A DNA stretch of 64,000 nucleotides from an uncultured Verrucomicrobiae bacterium (GCA_963756875.1 CAVWPA010000003.1:1408001-1472000), one strand, 5' to 3'. Counted from the stretch's first letter, positions 19,862 to 30,403 are shown. Notes: generated by a model from the sequence alone, not told the origin. Made by a program: numbers and translations.

Positions 19862-21356
19862 GAGAGCAAGATAACAGTCCGAAAGCCTGGCACCGGCGAC
19901 TTGGTCCATCACCGCGACCAGCATTGCGCGTGCTCTTCGTTCTGGGCTGGCTCTGTCTCGCTATTTCCGTTCTCGCCGACGAACCGAAGGTCACTAAGAA
20001 CGCTGATGGCAGTACCACCACAACTGAAAACGTGACTGTTACAGAAATGAATCGTCAGGGTGGCCTGAGTTACAAAGATTACCAGAAATCCACAACGCGG
20101 GACATCCGCGGAAAAATTACCAAAATCGAATGGTACCATCTGGGGAAGAAAGGGAAACGTCGCGCGCTCGGGCGCGTCTTGTTTCGTTCAGTCAGATCCC
20201 AAAACTCAACGGACCGTGATCACGACGTACACATATCAGAAAAATGGGACTCTCGTGAGTAAAGGGGAGGAGGTTTATTCGAACAAGGATGGAAGCCTGC
20301 TCCATGAGAAATCTGAGAACTATGACCCGACCGGGAAAAATGTGAATGCAGGCATAAGGCACGAATGGGAAGGTTGGGAGGACGGTAACACCAAAACATG
20401 GAAATCGGAGCAGTGGAATCCCAAGACCCAGGAATGGCAGCCGTTACCCATTAATCCCGGTCCTGAGACCCATCCTAAACTCGACAAGGCACTCGATGAC
20501 TACGCAAAGGATCACGGTAACGCTTCTCCCCTCGAGCCATCCGAGTCGGCTTCACCGTCTCCGACCAAACCGCCACCAAAGACGATCTCCTCTCTGCTTT
20601 CTAATAAAGAGCCTGAACCTGGCGATTGCCGGGACCGGCCAGACCATCGGGCACATTGCTGATTTCAGGCTCCAAAACCAAACGGATCAGCCGGTCAGTT
20701 TTGTCATCCCGGCGATGGTGTTGGAATCGAGCAGCGGCAAGAACCAGCATTACGCCTGTCCAAAAGGGCAGACGGTCGATCTTGGACCAAAACAGAGTAA
20801 AACCGTGCCAATCGATGGCGTGTGCCTCGACCGAAGCAAACCGCCGGCAGGCAAAGGCATGACCGGCGATTTGGTCATCAACGAAGCCAGCCCGGGAGGG
20901 ACAGCGATGGCCGGTTCGCATGTTCCGCTCAAGGACGCGAACAAAATGCTTCGGATCGCCAAATCCAAGTACGATGCGGCCGAGAAATTGGAAAAGGAGG
21001 GCGAGCTCAAGGAATTGCCTTATCACGACAAGCAAAAGCAGAAAGACATCATGGTTCAATGGAGCATCTGGAGCGACCCGCAGATTTCCGAGATTACCGG
21101 TGCGCCGCCGGCCACCAAAGAGGATTTGAGGAAAGTCGTTTACAAACAGGTGGAAGAAAAAGGGCCGATGACGCCGGCGACCAAAAAGAAAGTGGACAAG
21201 GGCATCGGCACCATCTTCGAGAAAGTCGAGCTCACTTCAGCAAAAGCCAAAGACCTCGAGGCGCCCGACCCATTTCAAAACGTCGAAGTCACCGGCGAAA
21301 AGGCGAAAGCTGAAAATGAGTCGCCGCCAGTCGAAAGCCCGGCTCCATCCCCGTGA
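19858..21356 (+). CDS. Exported domain-X paralog (ORF D), two apparent +1 frameshifts (~20183, ~20607)
   Basis: ORFs 19858-20262, 20216-20662 and 20496-21356 are collinear with ORF E once one T (20182-20184) and one A (20606-20608) are removed. Confidence 0.75.
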
Positions 21357-21375
21357 GCTTTTCGTCCCTGAAAAT

Positions 21376-22812
21376 ATGAAACAACAGATACACCACCCGA
21401 GAGCTCGCCCTCAGCTACGGCTCTGGCCCAACGTGGCGCCGGTGCTTGTCATTTTAGGTTGGTTCTGTCTTACCGGCACAATTGTTGCCGACGAACCGAA
21501 GGTCACAAAAAATCCCGACGGAACCACTACCACGATCGAGAAAGTCTTCTTCGACAAACTCTTCGGGAACCCTTTTGTCGGCCGCGGCAAGAAACGGACC
21601 ACTCGGGACAAAGATGGGAACCTCACCAAGATCGAGTGGGTGCGCGGGGGAAAGAAACGGGAACGCCCGGTCGTGGCGATATTTGTCGAACGTAATCCCA
21701 AGTCGAATCAGACGACGATAGCAACCTATACCTATGAGAAAGATGGAACTCTGCAATCAAAGAAGGAAGAGGTTTATAACAAAAATGGCGCGTTGATTCT
21801 GGACCGTTATGAGACTCACTTCCAGATGGGAAAAGCAACCACTTTCCAGACGGGAAAAGCAACCACTCCCGCTCCCTTAACCTTCAGCCATTCCTACGAG
21901 GGGAAGAGCTTGGTCGGGGGGCAACTAGACAATGCCTTAAAGGATGTTCAAAATAGATGGAGCTCGGCAACTCCGGCTTCCGAGGCGTCCCCGCCTTCTG
22001 CCACTCCGTCGCCTTCGCCGAAAGAAACGACTCCGGCAACAATCTCGTCGCTAATTCTCCAGAAGAAAGTGGGCTTCGCGATTGCCGGCACGGGCGAAAC
22101 CATCAGGCACATTGCCGATTGCATAATTCAAAATCAAACGGACCAGCCGGTCAGCCTTGTGATTCCGGCGATGGTGCTGGAATCGAGCAGCGGAAAGAAT
22201 CAGCATTACGCCTGTCCAAAAGAGCAGACGGTCGAACTCGGACCAAAGCAAAGCAAAACGGTGCCGATTGATGGCGTTTGCCTGGACCGAAGCAAACCGC
22301 CGGTTGGTAAAGGAGTGACCGGCGATCTCGTCATCAACGAAGCCAGCCCGGGAGGGACAGCGATGGCCGGTTCGCATGTTCCGCTGAAGGAAGCCAACAA
22401 AATGCTTCGCCTCGCCAAATCCAAGTACGATGCGGCCGAGAAATTGCAGAAGGATGGCGAGCTTAAGGAGCTGCCGTACCACGACAAGCAGATGCAGAAA
22501 GACATCATGGTTCAATGGAGCATCTGGAGCGATCCGCAGATTTCCGAGATTACCGGTGCGCCCCCGGCGACCAAGGACGATTTGAGAAAAGTCGTTTACA
22601 AACAGGTGGAAGAAAAAGGGCCAATGACGCCCAAGACCAAAAAGAAGTTGGACAAAGGCATCGACACCATCTTCGAAAAAGTCGAGCTCACTTCAGCAAA
22701 AGCGAAAGAGTTAGAGGCGCCCGATCCGTTCCAAAACGTCGAATTGACCGGCGAAAAAGCGAAGGGCGGAACTGAATCGCCGCCCCAAAAAGAGAAGGAG
22801 CCGCAACCATGA
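21376..22812 (+). CDS. Exported domain-X paralog (ORF E)
   Basis: Signal peptide then DEPKVTKN (as in ORF D), beta-rich N-domain, Pro/Ser linker, domain X. Confidence 0.85.
   Translation: MKQQIHHPRARPQLRLWPNVAPVLVILGWFCLTGTIVADEPKVTKNPDGTTTTIEKVFFDKLFGNPFVGRGKKRTTRDKDGNLTKIEWVRGGKKRERPVVAIFVERNPKSNQTTIATYTYEKDGTLQSKKEEVYNKNGALILDRYETHFQMGKATTFQTGKATTPAPLTFSHSYEGKSLVGGQLDNALKDVQNRWSSATPASEASPPSATPSPSPKETTPATISSLILQKKVGFAIAGTGETIRHIADCIIQNQTDQPVSLVIPAMVLESSSGKNQHYACPKEQTVELGPKQSKTVPIDGVCLDRSKPPVGKGVTGDLVINEASPGGTAMAGSHVPLKEANKMLRLAKSKYDAAEKLQKDGELKELPYHDKQMQKDIMVQWSIWSDPQISEITGAPPATKDDLRKVVYKQVEEKGPMTPKTKKKLDKGIDTIFEKVELTSAKAKELEAPDPFQNVELTGEKAKGGTESPPQKEKEPQP
21820..21867 (+). repeat. 24-nt in-frame tandem duplication (FQMGKATT/FQTGKATT)
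   Basis: TTCCAGATGGGAAAAGCAACCACT followed by TTCCAGACGGGAAAAGCAACCACT. Confidence 0.9.
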
Positions 22813-24656
22813 ATTACCGATTTTCTAGTCATAGATTGGGGGAGACAAGACACGAGCGTAGTTGGCGAGTCGTCTTTGGTTTGCTTTTTATTATCACTCT
22901 TGCGCTCCCTGCACCTTTTTTGCGCGCCCAGACGGACGCAAAGGGCAATCCAATGAGTGCCGAGGATCTCGTCAATAATCATGATTCTTCCACGACTCCG
23001 AAGGGCCGGTCCACTCAGGTTGACCGCAATCCCGACAGCCAGAACATCGATCATGTGTGGGTTTACGATCCGAAAGGGCGCAAGCGCCGGGAAATTCGTA
23101 TCGATCGTGATCCGCTCGGAAACGCGCATGTGGAATCCATCGATTTTCGACCGGACGAGAAGACTGCGAGCACGGAAACAACAACGAGCTTTGCTCCCGG
23201 TTTCGATGGCCAGCGCCATCCGACGGATCGCAAAACTATCGTGTACCCCACCGCCGGTGGGTTCGTTACGCCTGACGAGAAGCTGAAGCATTCTACCGGC
23301 TGGCAGGAAAAGTGGGAGGATGGACACTGGGTCCGCGTTGCGGAGTTGAAAGATGGTCAATGGGTCTCCACGCAGAAGCAACCGCCGCCGCAGGAAAAGA
23401 CGATCTCATCTCTGCTTTCCAATAAAAGCGTGAACCTGGCGATTGCCGGTACCGGCAACACCATCGGCGACATTGCCCATCTCAAGGTCCAAAATCTTAC
23501 CGATCAACCAATAAGTTGCGTTATCCCGCCAATGATCCTCGAGTCCACCAGCGGCAAGAATCAGCATTACGCCTGTCCCAAGGGCCAGACGGTGGCGATC
23601 AAGCCCCATGATACCGCCACAGTCCCCATTGATGGCGTTTGCATTAACCGCCACAAACCGCCGGTCGGTAAAGACGTAACGGGCGATCTGGTGATCAATA
23701 CCGGCGATCCTACCGCTCCGCAAAATCCCGATTCACATCTTCCGGCAAAGGACGCGAACAATCTTCTGCGCATCGCCAGGTCGAAGTATGACGCCGCCGA
23801 CAAGCTGCAAAAGGACGGCGAGCTGAAGGATCTGCCCTACCACGATAAGCAAAAGCAGAAGGACGTTGTCGTGCAATGGAGCACCTGGACGGATCCGGAT
23901 ATTTCGGAAATCGTGGGCGGGCCTCCCGCAACAAAGGACGATTTGAAAAAAGTTGTCTACAAACAGGTGGAAGAGAGCGGGCCGATGACCCCGGGCACCA
24001 AAAAGAAGGTGGACAAGGGGATCGACACCATCTTCGAAAAAGTCGAGCTCACTTCAAAGAAAGCCAAAGACCTGGAAGAGCCTGATCAGTACGCAGAGAC
24101 GGGGACTCCGCCCAACACGGTCGAAATCGCGGATCATTCCGGGGATACAACGACCCAGGAAAAGCCAAAAGGAAAAGGAAGAGGAAAGGGTAAAGGGAAA
24201 GGCAAAGGCGGAAAGAAGTGGCCCAAACCAATCCAGGATTGGCTGGATAAAAAGAAAGCCGCGGATGATGCCGACAACGCGAAAAAGTGGGCACAGGATC
24301 AGTGGGACAGGGACCTTGAAAACTACTGCTTGCGAAACAGCGAGCATTACCGCGAGCTAAGACCAAAACAAGATGAGAAGTCGATAAAAGCCTTCAGAAA
24401 GAACGGCACGCAGACAGATAAGGATGATTTCGAAAAGGGTGAGCGCGAACTTAAGACACTCCGGCAACAATTCGCGCGGGACTTCCAGAAGACGGATCAA
24501 GCCAAGGAAGATTCTCAAATAATCCGTGATTCTGAAAAAGCGGCCGACGCCGCCCACGAAGCGGAGCAAAAAGCCGGAAAAAACATAGATCCGGCAACCA
24601 AGTCAGTGGTGGAAGCAGAGGAACCCAAATCCGAGATCGTTCCAGGTGTGTGGTGA
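22809..24656 (+). CDS. Exported domain-X paralog with (GK)n linker and charged helical C-terminal extension (ORF F)
   Basis: ATGA overlap; signal peptide; YD-like segment (WVYDPKGRK); domain X; KGKGRGKGKGKGKGGKK; helical tail. Confidence 0.85.
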   Translation: MNYRFSSHRLGETRHERSWRVVFGLLFIITLALPAPFLRAQTDAKGNPMSAEDLVNNHDSSTTPKGRSTQVDRNPDSQNIDHVWVYDPKGRKRREIRIDRDPLGNAHVESIDFRPDEKTASTETTTSFAPGFDGQRHPTDRKTIVYPTAGGFVTPDEKLKHSTGWQEKWEDGHWVRVAELKDGQWVSTQKQPPPQEKTISSLLSNKSVNLAIAGTGNTIGDIAHLKVQNLTDQPISCVIPPMILESTSGKNQHYACPKGQTVAIKPHDTATVPIDGVCINRHKPPVGKDVTGDLVINTGDPTAPQNPDSHLPAKDANNLLRIARSKYDAADKLQKDGELKDLPYHDKQKQKDVVVQWSTWTDPDISEIVGGPPATKDDLKKVVYKQVEESGPMTPGTKKKVDKGIDTIFEKVELTSKKAKDLEEPDQYAETGTPPNTVEIADHSGDTTTQEKPKGKGRGKGKGKGKGGKKWPKPIQDWLDKKKAADDADNAKKWAQDQWDRDLENYCLRNSEHYRELRPKQDEKSIKAFRKNGTQTDKDDFEKGERELKTLRQQFARDFQKTDQAKEDSQIIRDSEKAADAAHEAEQKAGKNIDPATKSVVEAEEPKSEIVPGVW

Positions 24657-24680
24657 GGCTCGAAAGCAACTAGAGTGCTT

Positions 24681-25280
24681 CTAGGGCATCACGGTAACCG
24701 GGGTCCCGACGCTCACCTCGTCGAACAGTTCGGCAATGTCCTTGTGCAACATGCGAAGGCATCCATGTGAAACCGATTTTCCGACCGTTCTCGGATGCGG
24801 CGTGTCGTGGAAGCCGACCGCGATCTTCCCGTTGGTCCATATCCCGATCCAGTAGCGCCCGAGTTCGTTTCCAGGGGCGCCGGCAGGAAATATTTTTCCC
24901 GTGATCGGGTGTTTCCACGCGGGATTTTCAATCATCTGAAAGACGCGGAAATCGCCGAGCGGGGTTTCCCATCCGGGGCGCCCCACGGCGATGGGATAGG
25001 TTGTGATTTCCGTGTCGCCGCGATAAAGCGCGACCTCATGACGGCTGCGACTCACCTCAAGGTGGACCAGCGCTGTCGGCACCTGATCTGAGACGGTCGG
25101 GATCTCGATGATCTGTCCGACAGCAGAAGAAACTCCTGCGATCACCACGATCGGGAGCAAACTCCACCATGCGGCCGATGGACGCCATGCGCTCACTGCT
25201 TTCAAATCACATCGTCGATGGAGAAGAAATGCAACAGGAAAAATTGCCGGGAGCGCCAAACCTCTCGAGCGCTGGGCCAA
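24681..25280 (-). CDS. L,D-transpeptidase (YkuD family); start uncertain
   Basis: YPIAVGRPGWETPLG and GFHDT..SVSHGCLRM catalytic motif. Confidence 0.92.
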   Translation of the reverse strand: MAQRSRGLALPAIFPVAFLLHRRCDLKAVSAWRPSAAWWSLLPIVVIAGVSSAVGQIIEIPTVSDQVPTALVHLEVSRSRHEVALYRGDTEITTYPIAVGRPGWETPLGDFRVFQMIENPAWKHPITGKIFPAGAPGNELGRYWIGIWTNGKIAVGFHDTPHPRTVGKSVSHGCLRMLHKDIAELFDEVSVGTPVTVMP

Positions 25281-25516
25281 CAGTTTTTACCTTGCGACTC
25301 TGGTCGCTAACGGAGAAATTATTTGTATGCCCCTTTTTTCGGCGATTCCCCTCGTAAGCCCCGGAAATAGACTGCAAGATGCCGACTAGCACGGATCAGG
25401 GAACTTCTGCAGAGAGACCGCACGCCGGGATTTTATCGCTCCCGCCGCAAAACATCCGGTGACAATGTTAGGAACGATGCCATTACTTTGAAGCAACGCC
25501 CTGTCTGGCTCTTCTC

Positions 25517-27127
25517 ATGACTCAAGCCTCTTCTTTGAAATTGCCCGACGGTGTTGAGATTCGAGGAAACGTCGGGCCGCGGTTCGACCATATTCTCACC
25601 CCGGAAGCGCTCGCATTTGTGGCAAAGCTTGAACGCGCGTTCGGCATTCGGCGGCTGGAATCGCTGGAACGGCGGGCAGGGCGCCAGGCAGAGTTGGATC
25701 AGGGTGGGTCACTCGATTTTTTACCCGAGACCAAATCAATTCGGGAGAGCGAATGGCAATGCGCTCCCATTCCGCCGGATATCCGGGATCGGCGGGTCGA
25801 GATCACCGGGCCGACGGATCGAAAGATGGTGATCAACGCACTCAATTCGGGCGCGAAAATTTTCATGGCAGACTTCGAGGACGCAAATTCACCCACCTGG
25901 CGGAACATGGTGGAAGGCCAGATTAATCTGTGGGATGCCATTCGGCGGACCATTGAGTTTACCAATCCCGAAGGAAAGGAATACAAACTCAACCAGGAGG
26001 TTGCGGTTCTGATGCCGCGGCCGCGCGGCTGGCATCTGGTGGAGAAACACATGCTGGTGGATAGCCGGCCCGTTTCCGGCGGTCTTTTCGATTTCGGCCT
26101 GTTCTTTTTCCATAACGCCAAAGAACTGATCGCGCGAGGAAGCGGTCCTTATTTCTACCTGCCGAAGTTGGAAAGCCATCTGGAAGCGCGGATTTGGAAC
26201 GACGTATTCAAGGTCGCCCAGGACGAATTGGGAATCCCGCAGGGGACGATTCGCGCCACCGTTCTGATCGAAACGATTCCGGCCGCTTTCGAGATGGACG
26301 AAATCCTGTACGAGCTGCGGGATCATTCCGCCGGCCTCAACTGCGGACGATGGGATTACATTTTCTCCTGCATTAAAAGGTTCCGGAACAAGCGCGATTT
26401 TCTGCTGGCTGATCGGGCGCTTATTACCATGACCACGCACTTCATGCACAGCTACTCATTGTTGTGCATCAAAACGTGTCATCGCCGGAATATCTTTGCG
26501 ATGGGCGGTATGGCCGCGCAGATCCCGGTAAAAAATAATCCAAAGGCTAACGAGGAAGCATTCGCCAAGGTCCGGGCGGACAAGGAGCGGGAGGCGGGTG
26601 ATGGGCATGACGGCACCTGGGTGGCCCATCCCGGCATGGTCCAGCTGGCCACCGATGCGTTTAACGAGAAAATGCCGCAGCCTAACCAGATCGCCAGGAA
26701 ACGCGATGACGTGAACGTCGCGGCGCGCGATTTGCTCGATTTTCGGCCATCGCAACCGATCACCGAACAAGGTTTGCGCACGAATGTCAGCGTGGGCGTG
26801 CAATACCTCGAGGCCTGGCTTCGCGGTCACGGTGCCGTGCCCATTTTCAATCTAATGGAAGACGCCGCCACTGCCGAAATTTCGCGGGCTCAGGTCTGGC
26901 AATGGATCCGCCACCCGCAGGGCGCGCTGACCGACGGGCGCAAGGTGAGCAAGGAACTGTTCCGATCGGTTCTGGCGGAAGAGCTGGACAAAATCAGAAA
27001 TGAGATTGGGCAGAAAAGATTCGCGGCCGGGAAATTCGACGCTGCTCGGCAGTTGTTCGATGAAATTACAACGAACGACGAGTTCGTGGAGTTTCTAACC
27101 CTGCCCGGATACGACAGGCTCGATTAG
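25517..27127 (+). CDS. aceB: Malate synthase A
   Basis: [39 protein letters not shown] and [14 protein letters not shown] motifs. Confidence 0.98.
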   Translation: MTQASSLKLPDGVEIRGNVGPRFDHILTPEALAFVAKLERAFGIRRLESLERRAGRQAELDQGGSLDFLPETKSIRESEWQCAPIPPDIRDRRVEITGPTDRKMVINALNSGAKIFMADFEDANSPTWRNMVEGQINLWDAIRRTIEFTNPEGKEYKLNQEVAVLMPRPRGWHLVEKHMLVDSRPVSGGLFDFGLFFFHNAKELIARGSGPYFYLPKLESHLEARIWNDVFKVAQDELGIPQGTIRATVLIETIPAAFEMDEILYELRDHSAGLNCGRWDYIFSCIKRFRNKRDFLLADRALITMTTHFMHSYSLLCIKTCHRRNIFAMGGMAAQIPVKNNPKANEEAFAKVRADKEREAGDGHDGTWVAHPGMVQLATDAFNEKMPQPNQIARKRDDVNVAARDLLDFRPSQPITEQGLRTNVSVGVQYLEAWLRGHGAVPIFNLMEDAATAEISRAQVWQWIRHPQGALTDGRKVSKELFRSVLAEELDKIRNEIGQKRFAAGKFDAARQLFDEITTNDEFVEFLTLPGYDRLD

Positions 27128-27131
27128 CAGA

Positions 27132-28403
27132 ATGGTTCCGAAAAATAGAGCGGCAGGCGACGATTGGGAATCGAATCCGCGCTGGCGCGGCATTCACAGA
27201 ACCTACTCGTTAGGGGACGTGAAGCGGTTGCAGGGAAGCGTGACAATCGAGCATACGCTGGCCCGGCGCGGAGCGGAGAAATTGTGGCAGCTGTTGGAAG
27301 CCGAGCCTTACCTCCACACTCTCGGCGCGCTAACCGGGAACCAGGCGGTTCAACAGGTTCGCGCAGGATTGAAGGCGATCTATGTCAGTGGCTGGCAGGT
27401 AGCAGCCGACGCCAATCTCGCGGGTCAGATGTATCCCGACCAGAGTCTTTATCCGGTTAACAGTGTGCCGGTGCTGGTGAAGCGGATCAACCAAGCCTTG
27501 CAGCGGGCCGACCAGATCGCGCACGCCGAGGGCAACAATCAGATCGACTGGTTCGCCCCGATTGTGGCCGATGCCGAGGCGGGCTTCGGCGGGCCGCTCA
27601 ACGTCTTTGAACTGGTCAAAGCGATGATTGAAGCCGGCGCGGCTGCGGTTCACCTCGAAGACCAATTGGCGAGCGAGAAGAAATGCGGTCACATGGGCGG
27701 CAAGGTTCTGGTGCCGACGCGCAGCGCATTGACGCACCTGACTGCGGCGCGCCTGGCCGCCGATGTTTCGAATGTTCCGACCATCATTCTCGCCCGGACC
27801 GATGCCAACGCGGCTTCGCTATTGACCAGCGATGCCGATGAGCGCGATCACGCCTTTCTCACCGGCGAGCGGACGCCGGAAGGTTTTTATCGCGTGCGGG
27901 CCGGAATTGACCAGGCGATCGCGCGCGGTCTCAGTTATGCCCCGCTGGCCGACATGATTTGGTGCGAAACGGCTGAACCGAATCTGGCGGAAGCCAGAAA
28001 ATTTGCAGAGAGCATTCGAGAGAAATTTCCGGACAAGCTGCTGTCCTACAATTGTTCGCCGTCCTTCAATTGGAAAAAGAAGCTGGATAGCGCCACGATC
28101 GGAAAGTTTCAGCGAGAACTAGGCGCCATGGGTTACAAGTTTCAATTTGTGACCCTGGCCGGTTTTCACGCACTCAACTACAGCATGTTTCACCTGGCCC
28201 GGGGATACACGGAACGCGGGATGGCTGCCTATTCGGAGTTGCAGGAGGCGGAATTTGCCGCTGAATCGCTCGGCTACACGGCTACCAAACATCAGCACGA
28301 AGTCGGCACCGGTTATTTCGACGATGTGGCGCACGTGATTGCGGGCGGCAAAAGCTCGACCGTCGCGCTGCATGGATCAACCGAGCGGGAACAATTTCAT
28401 TAG
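27132..28403 (+). CDS. aceA: Isocitrate lyase
   Basis: [20 protein letters not shown] signature; YNCSPSFNW. Confidence 0.98.
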   Translation: MVPKNRAAGDDWESNPRWRGIHRTYSLGDVKRLQGSVTIEHTLARRGAEKLWQLLEAEPYLHTLGALTGNQAVQQVRAGLKAIYVSGWQVAADANLAGQMYPDQSLYPVNSVPVLVKRINQALQRADQIAHAEGNNQIDWFAPIVADAEAGFGGPLNVFELVKAMIEAGAAAVHLEDQLASEKKCGHMGGKVLVPTRSALTHLTAARLAADVSNVPTIILARTDANAASLLTSDADERDHAFLTGERTPEGFYRVRAGIDQAIARGLSYAPLADMIWCETAEPNLAEARKFAESIREKFPDKLLSYNCSPSFNWKKKLDSATIGKFQRELGAMGYKFQFVTLAGFHALNYSMFHLARGYTERGMAAYSELQEAEFAAESLGYTATKHQHEVGTGYFDDVAHVIAGGKSSTVALHGSTEREQFH

Positions 28404-28443
28404 CCTGTAATAAACAGCCTCGAGCCGGTCCTTAGAACTCAGT

Positions 28444-28511
28444 TCACCACGAAGAACACGAAGCAAAGCAAATACATGTCATCTTCGTGACCTTCGTGTT
28501 CTTCGTGGTGA
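28444..28511. repeat. Perfect 20-bp inverted repeat built of 9-nt CACGAAG units between aceA and aceK
   Basis: TCACCACGAAGAACACGAAG (28444-28463) / CTTCGTGTTCTTCGTGGTGA (28492-28511). Confidence 0.85.
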
Positions 28512-28541
28512 TTAAGAAATTCCGGTGCGACTGACTGGAGA

Positions 28542-30311
28542 ATGGATTCGGGGAATGCAACATCGTTGACCGATAGCAGGCTGGCCGCGCTTTGCGCCCA
28601 AACTGTTCAGGACGCATTCAACATTTATCAACGGCGTTTCGACGAAATTACCCTGCGGGGACGGGACCGGTTTCTGGCTCGGGATTGGGCAGGATCATTC
28701 GGTGATGCTGCCGCTCGGCTCCAACTTTATACGAAGGTCCTGGACGACCTCACCACCGCCATCAAATGCCTGATGGAATCCCGTTTGCCGGATCGCGCGA
28801 TCTGGAGCGCGATTAAAGCGGTTTACTCTTCACTAATTGCCGGGTCCGCCATGTGGGAGGTCGCTGAGAGTTTTTTTAATTCTCTGACTCGCCGTGTGTT
28901 CGCAACGGAAGGCGTCGATCAGGCGATCGAGTTCGTGGATACCGATTTCGATCCACCGCCTGACCCGGAAACCAATCAGCAGCGATCATATCGCGGCCAG
29001 CCTCTCGATCGATTGTTGTTTGCCGCCCTGACGGATACGACCGGCGGAGGTTTCGCAGAGGAATGTTGGTCGGATCTCAAGGCAACCGTGAGGGTGGCAG
29101 GCGAACGGCTGGAGGCAGCGTTCTTCGAGAGTGGCGCGGAGCGCGAAGCGAACGGCGATTGGCGGCTCGAGATGGCGGGCCGGGTCTTTTATCGCGGACG
29201 AGGCGCTTACTTTGTGGGACTTCTTGGATGCGGTTCCGCCAGTATGGTGGAATTGCCCATCGCGCTTTGCCTGCGGCATCCAAGCAAACAGGGAATCAGT
29301 CTGGACGCCGTCCTGCATGGAGAGAGCGATCTGGCGGTGCTGTTTTCCTACACCCGGGCTTATTTTCGGGTAACAGCGAAATGTCCGCACCAGCTGATCC
29401 GGTATCTCGAACAGCTAATGCCCCGCAAACGAAGGGTGGATCTTTACAACGCGATCGGATTTCATCGCCATGGCAAAACGGAATTTTATCGCGATTTCGT
29501 GAGTCATCTGCGCGATTCGACGGATCGGTTCGGGCTCGCCGAAGGAGTGCCCGGGATGGTGATGCTGGTTTTCACTCTTCCGAGCTACGACGTCGTGTTC
29601 AAGTTGATCAAGGACCAGTTCGATTTTCCGAAGGATAGCACGCGTGCCGAAGTGATGAGTCGCTATCGCCTGGTGTTTGAGCACGATCGGGCCGGCCGGT
29701 TGGTGGAAGCCCATGAATTTGAGCATCTCCGGATCGCGCGGGAGCGGTTCGACGAGCGCTTGCTCGACCAACTTCTGCGGGAAGCCCGCCAAATCGTGCG
29801 AGTTGAGGGCGACGACGTGATGATCAGCCATGCTTACGTCGAGCGTCGGATCAAGCCGCTGAATCTGTTCTTCAGGAACGCCGACGAGATCGAGTCCGCC
29901 ACCGCGGCGATCGATTATGGCCAGGCCATCAAGGACATGGCCGCGTCGAACATTTTTCCCGGCGATTTGCTGACCAAGAATTTCGGGGTGACGCGGACCG
30001 GCCGGGTGGTGTTTTATGATTACGACGAGCTTTGTTTCCTAACGGATTGCAATTTCCGCGATCTCCCGAAAGCAACGACATACGAGGAGGAAATATCTGC
30101 TGAGCCATGGTTCTCGGTCCGCGCTAACGATATTTTCCCGGAGGAGTTCCCCCGGTTTCTATCGCTGCCCGGTCCGGCTCGGACCGCGTTATTCGAACGG
30201 CATGCCGATTTGTTTGGCGCCGATTTTTGGCGGGGCGTTCAACAGAAACTTCGCGACGGCGAGCTGCCGGAGATTTTTCCGTACAAAGCAGAGCGGCGGC
30301 TAAAGACGTAA
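28542..30311 (+). CDS. aceK: Isocitrate dehydrogenase kinase/phosphatase
   Basis: AESFFNS, HGKTEFYRD, GMVMLVFTLP..VVFKLIKD and NIFPGDLLTKNFGVTRTGRVVFYDYDE motifs. Confidence 0.96.
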   Translation: MDSGNATSLTDSRLAALCAQTVQDAFNIYQRRFDEITLRGRDRFLARDWAGSFGDAAARLQLYTKVLDDLTTAIKCLMESRLPDRAIWSAIKAVYSSLIAGSAMWEVAESFFNSLTRRVFATEGVDQAIEFVDTDFDPPPDPETNQQRSYRGQPLDRLLFAALTDTTGGGFAEECWSDLKATVRVAGERLEAAFFESGAEREANGDWRLEMAGRVFYRGRGAYFVGLLGCGSASMVELPIALCLRHPSKQGISLDAVLHGESDLAVLFSYTRAYFRVTAKCPHQLIRYLEQLMPRKRRVDLYNAIGFHRHGKTEFYRDFVSHLRDSTDRFGLAEGVPGMVMLVFTLPSYDVVFKLIKDQFDFPKDSTRAEVMSRYRLVFEHDRAGRLVEAHEFEHLRIARERFDERLLDQLLREARQIVRVEGDDVMISHAYVERRIKPLNLFFRNADEIESATAAIDYGQAIKDMAASNIFPGDLLTKNFGVTRTGRVVFYDYDELCFLTDCNFRDLPKATTYEEEISAEPWFSVRANDIFPEEFPRFLSLPGPARTALFERHADLFGADFWRGVQQKLRDGELPEIFPYKAERRLKT

Positions 30312-30332
30312 GTGGCGGATAATGAATATGAT

Positions 30333-30403
30333 AGCGGGTGAGGGGAATCGAACCCCCGTGTGCAGCTTGGGAAGCTGCCGTTCTACCATTGAACTACACC
30401 CGC
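30333..30403 (-). tRNA. tRNA-Gly (anticodon CCC), CCA not encoded
   Basis: GCGGGTGTAGTTCAATGGTAGAACGGCAGCTTCCCAAGCTGCACACGGGGGTTCGATTCCCCTCACCCGCT folds as a cloverleaf. Confidence 0.97.

Larger units (their letters stand above)
17222..30353. mobile_element. Putative genomic island integrated at tRNA-Gly(CCC); no integrase visible
   Basis: Direct repeat AGCGGGCGAAGGGAATCGAAC (17222-17242) vs the tRNA 3' end AGCGGGTGAGGGGAATCGAAC (30333-30353), 19/21 identical. Confidence 0.6.

Noticed and set aside
2857..20608. Programmed frameshifting or phase variation at the frameshift sites
   Set aside because: Runs are only 2-4 nt, lack slippery heptamers, and occur in unrelated genes with the same +1 sign.
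18365..24656. Paralog array as a diversity-generating retroelement or polymorphic toxin locus
   Set aside because: No reverse transcriptase or template repeat, differences are not adenine-specific, and there are no interspersed immunity genes.
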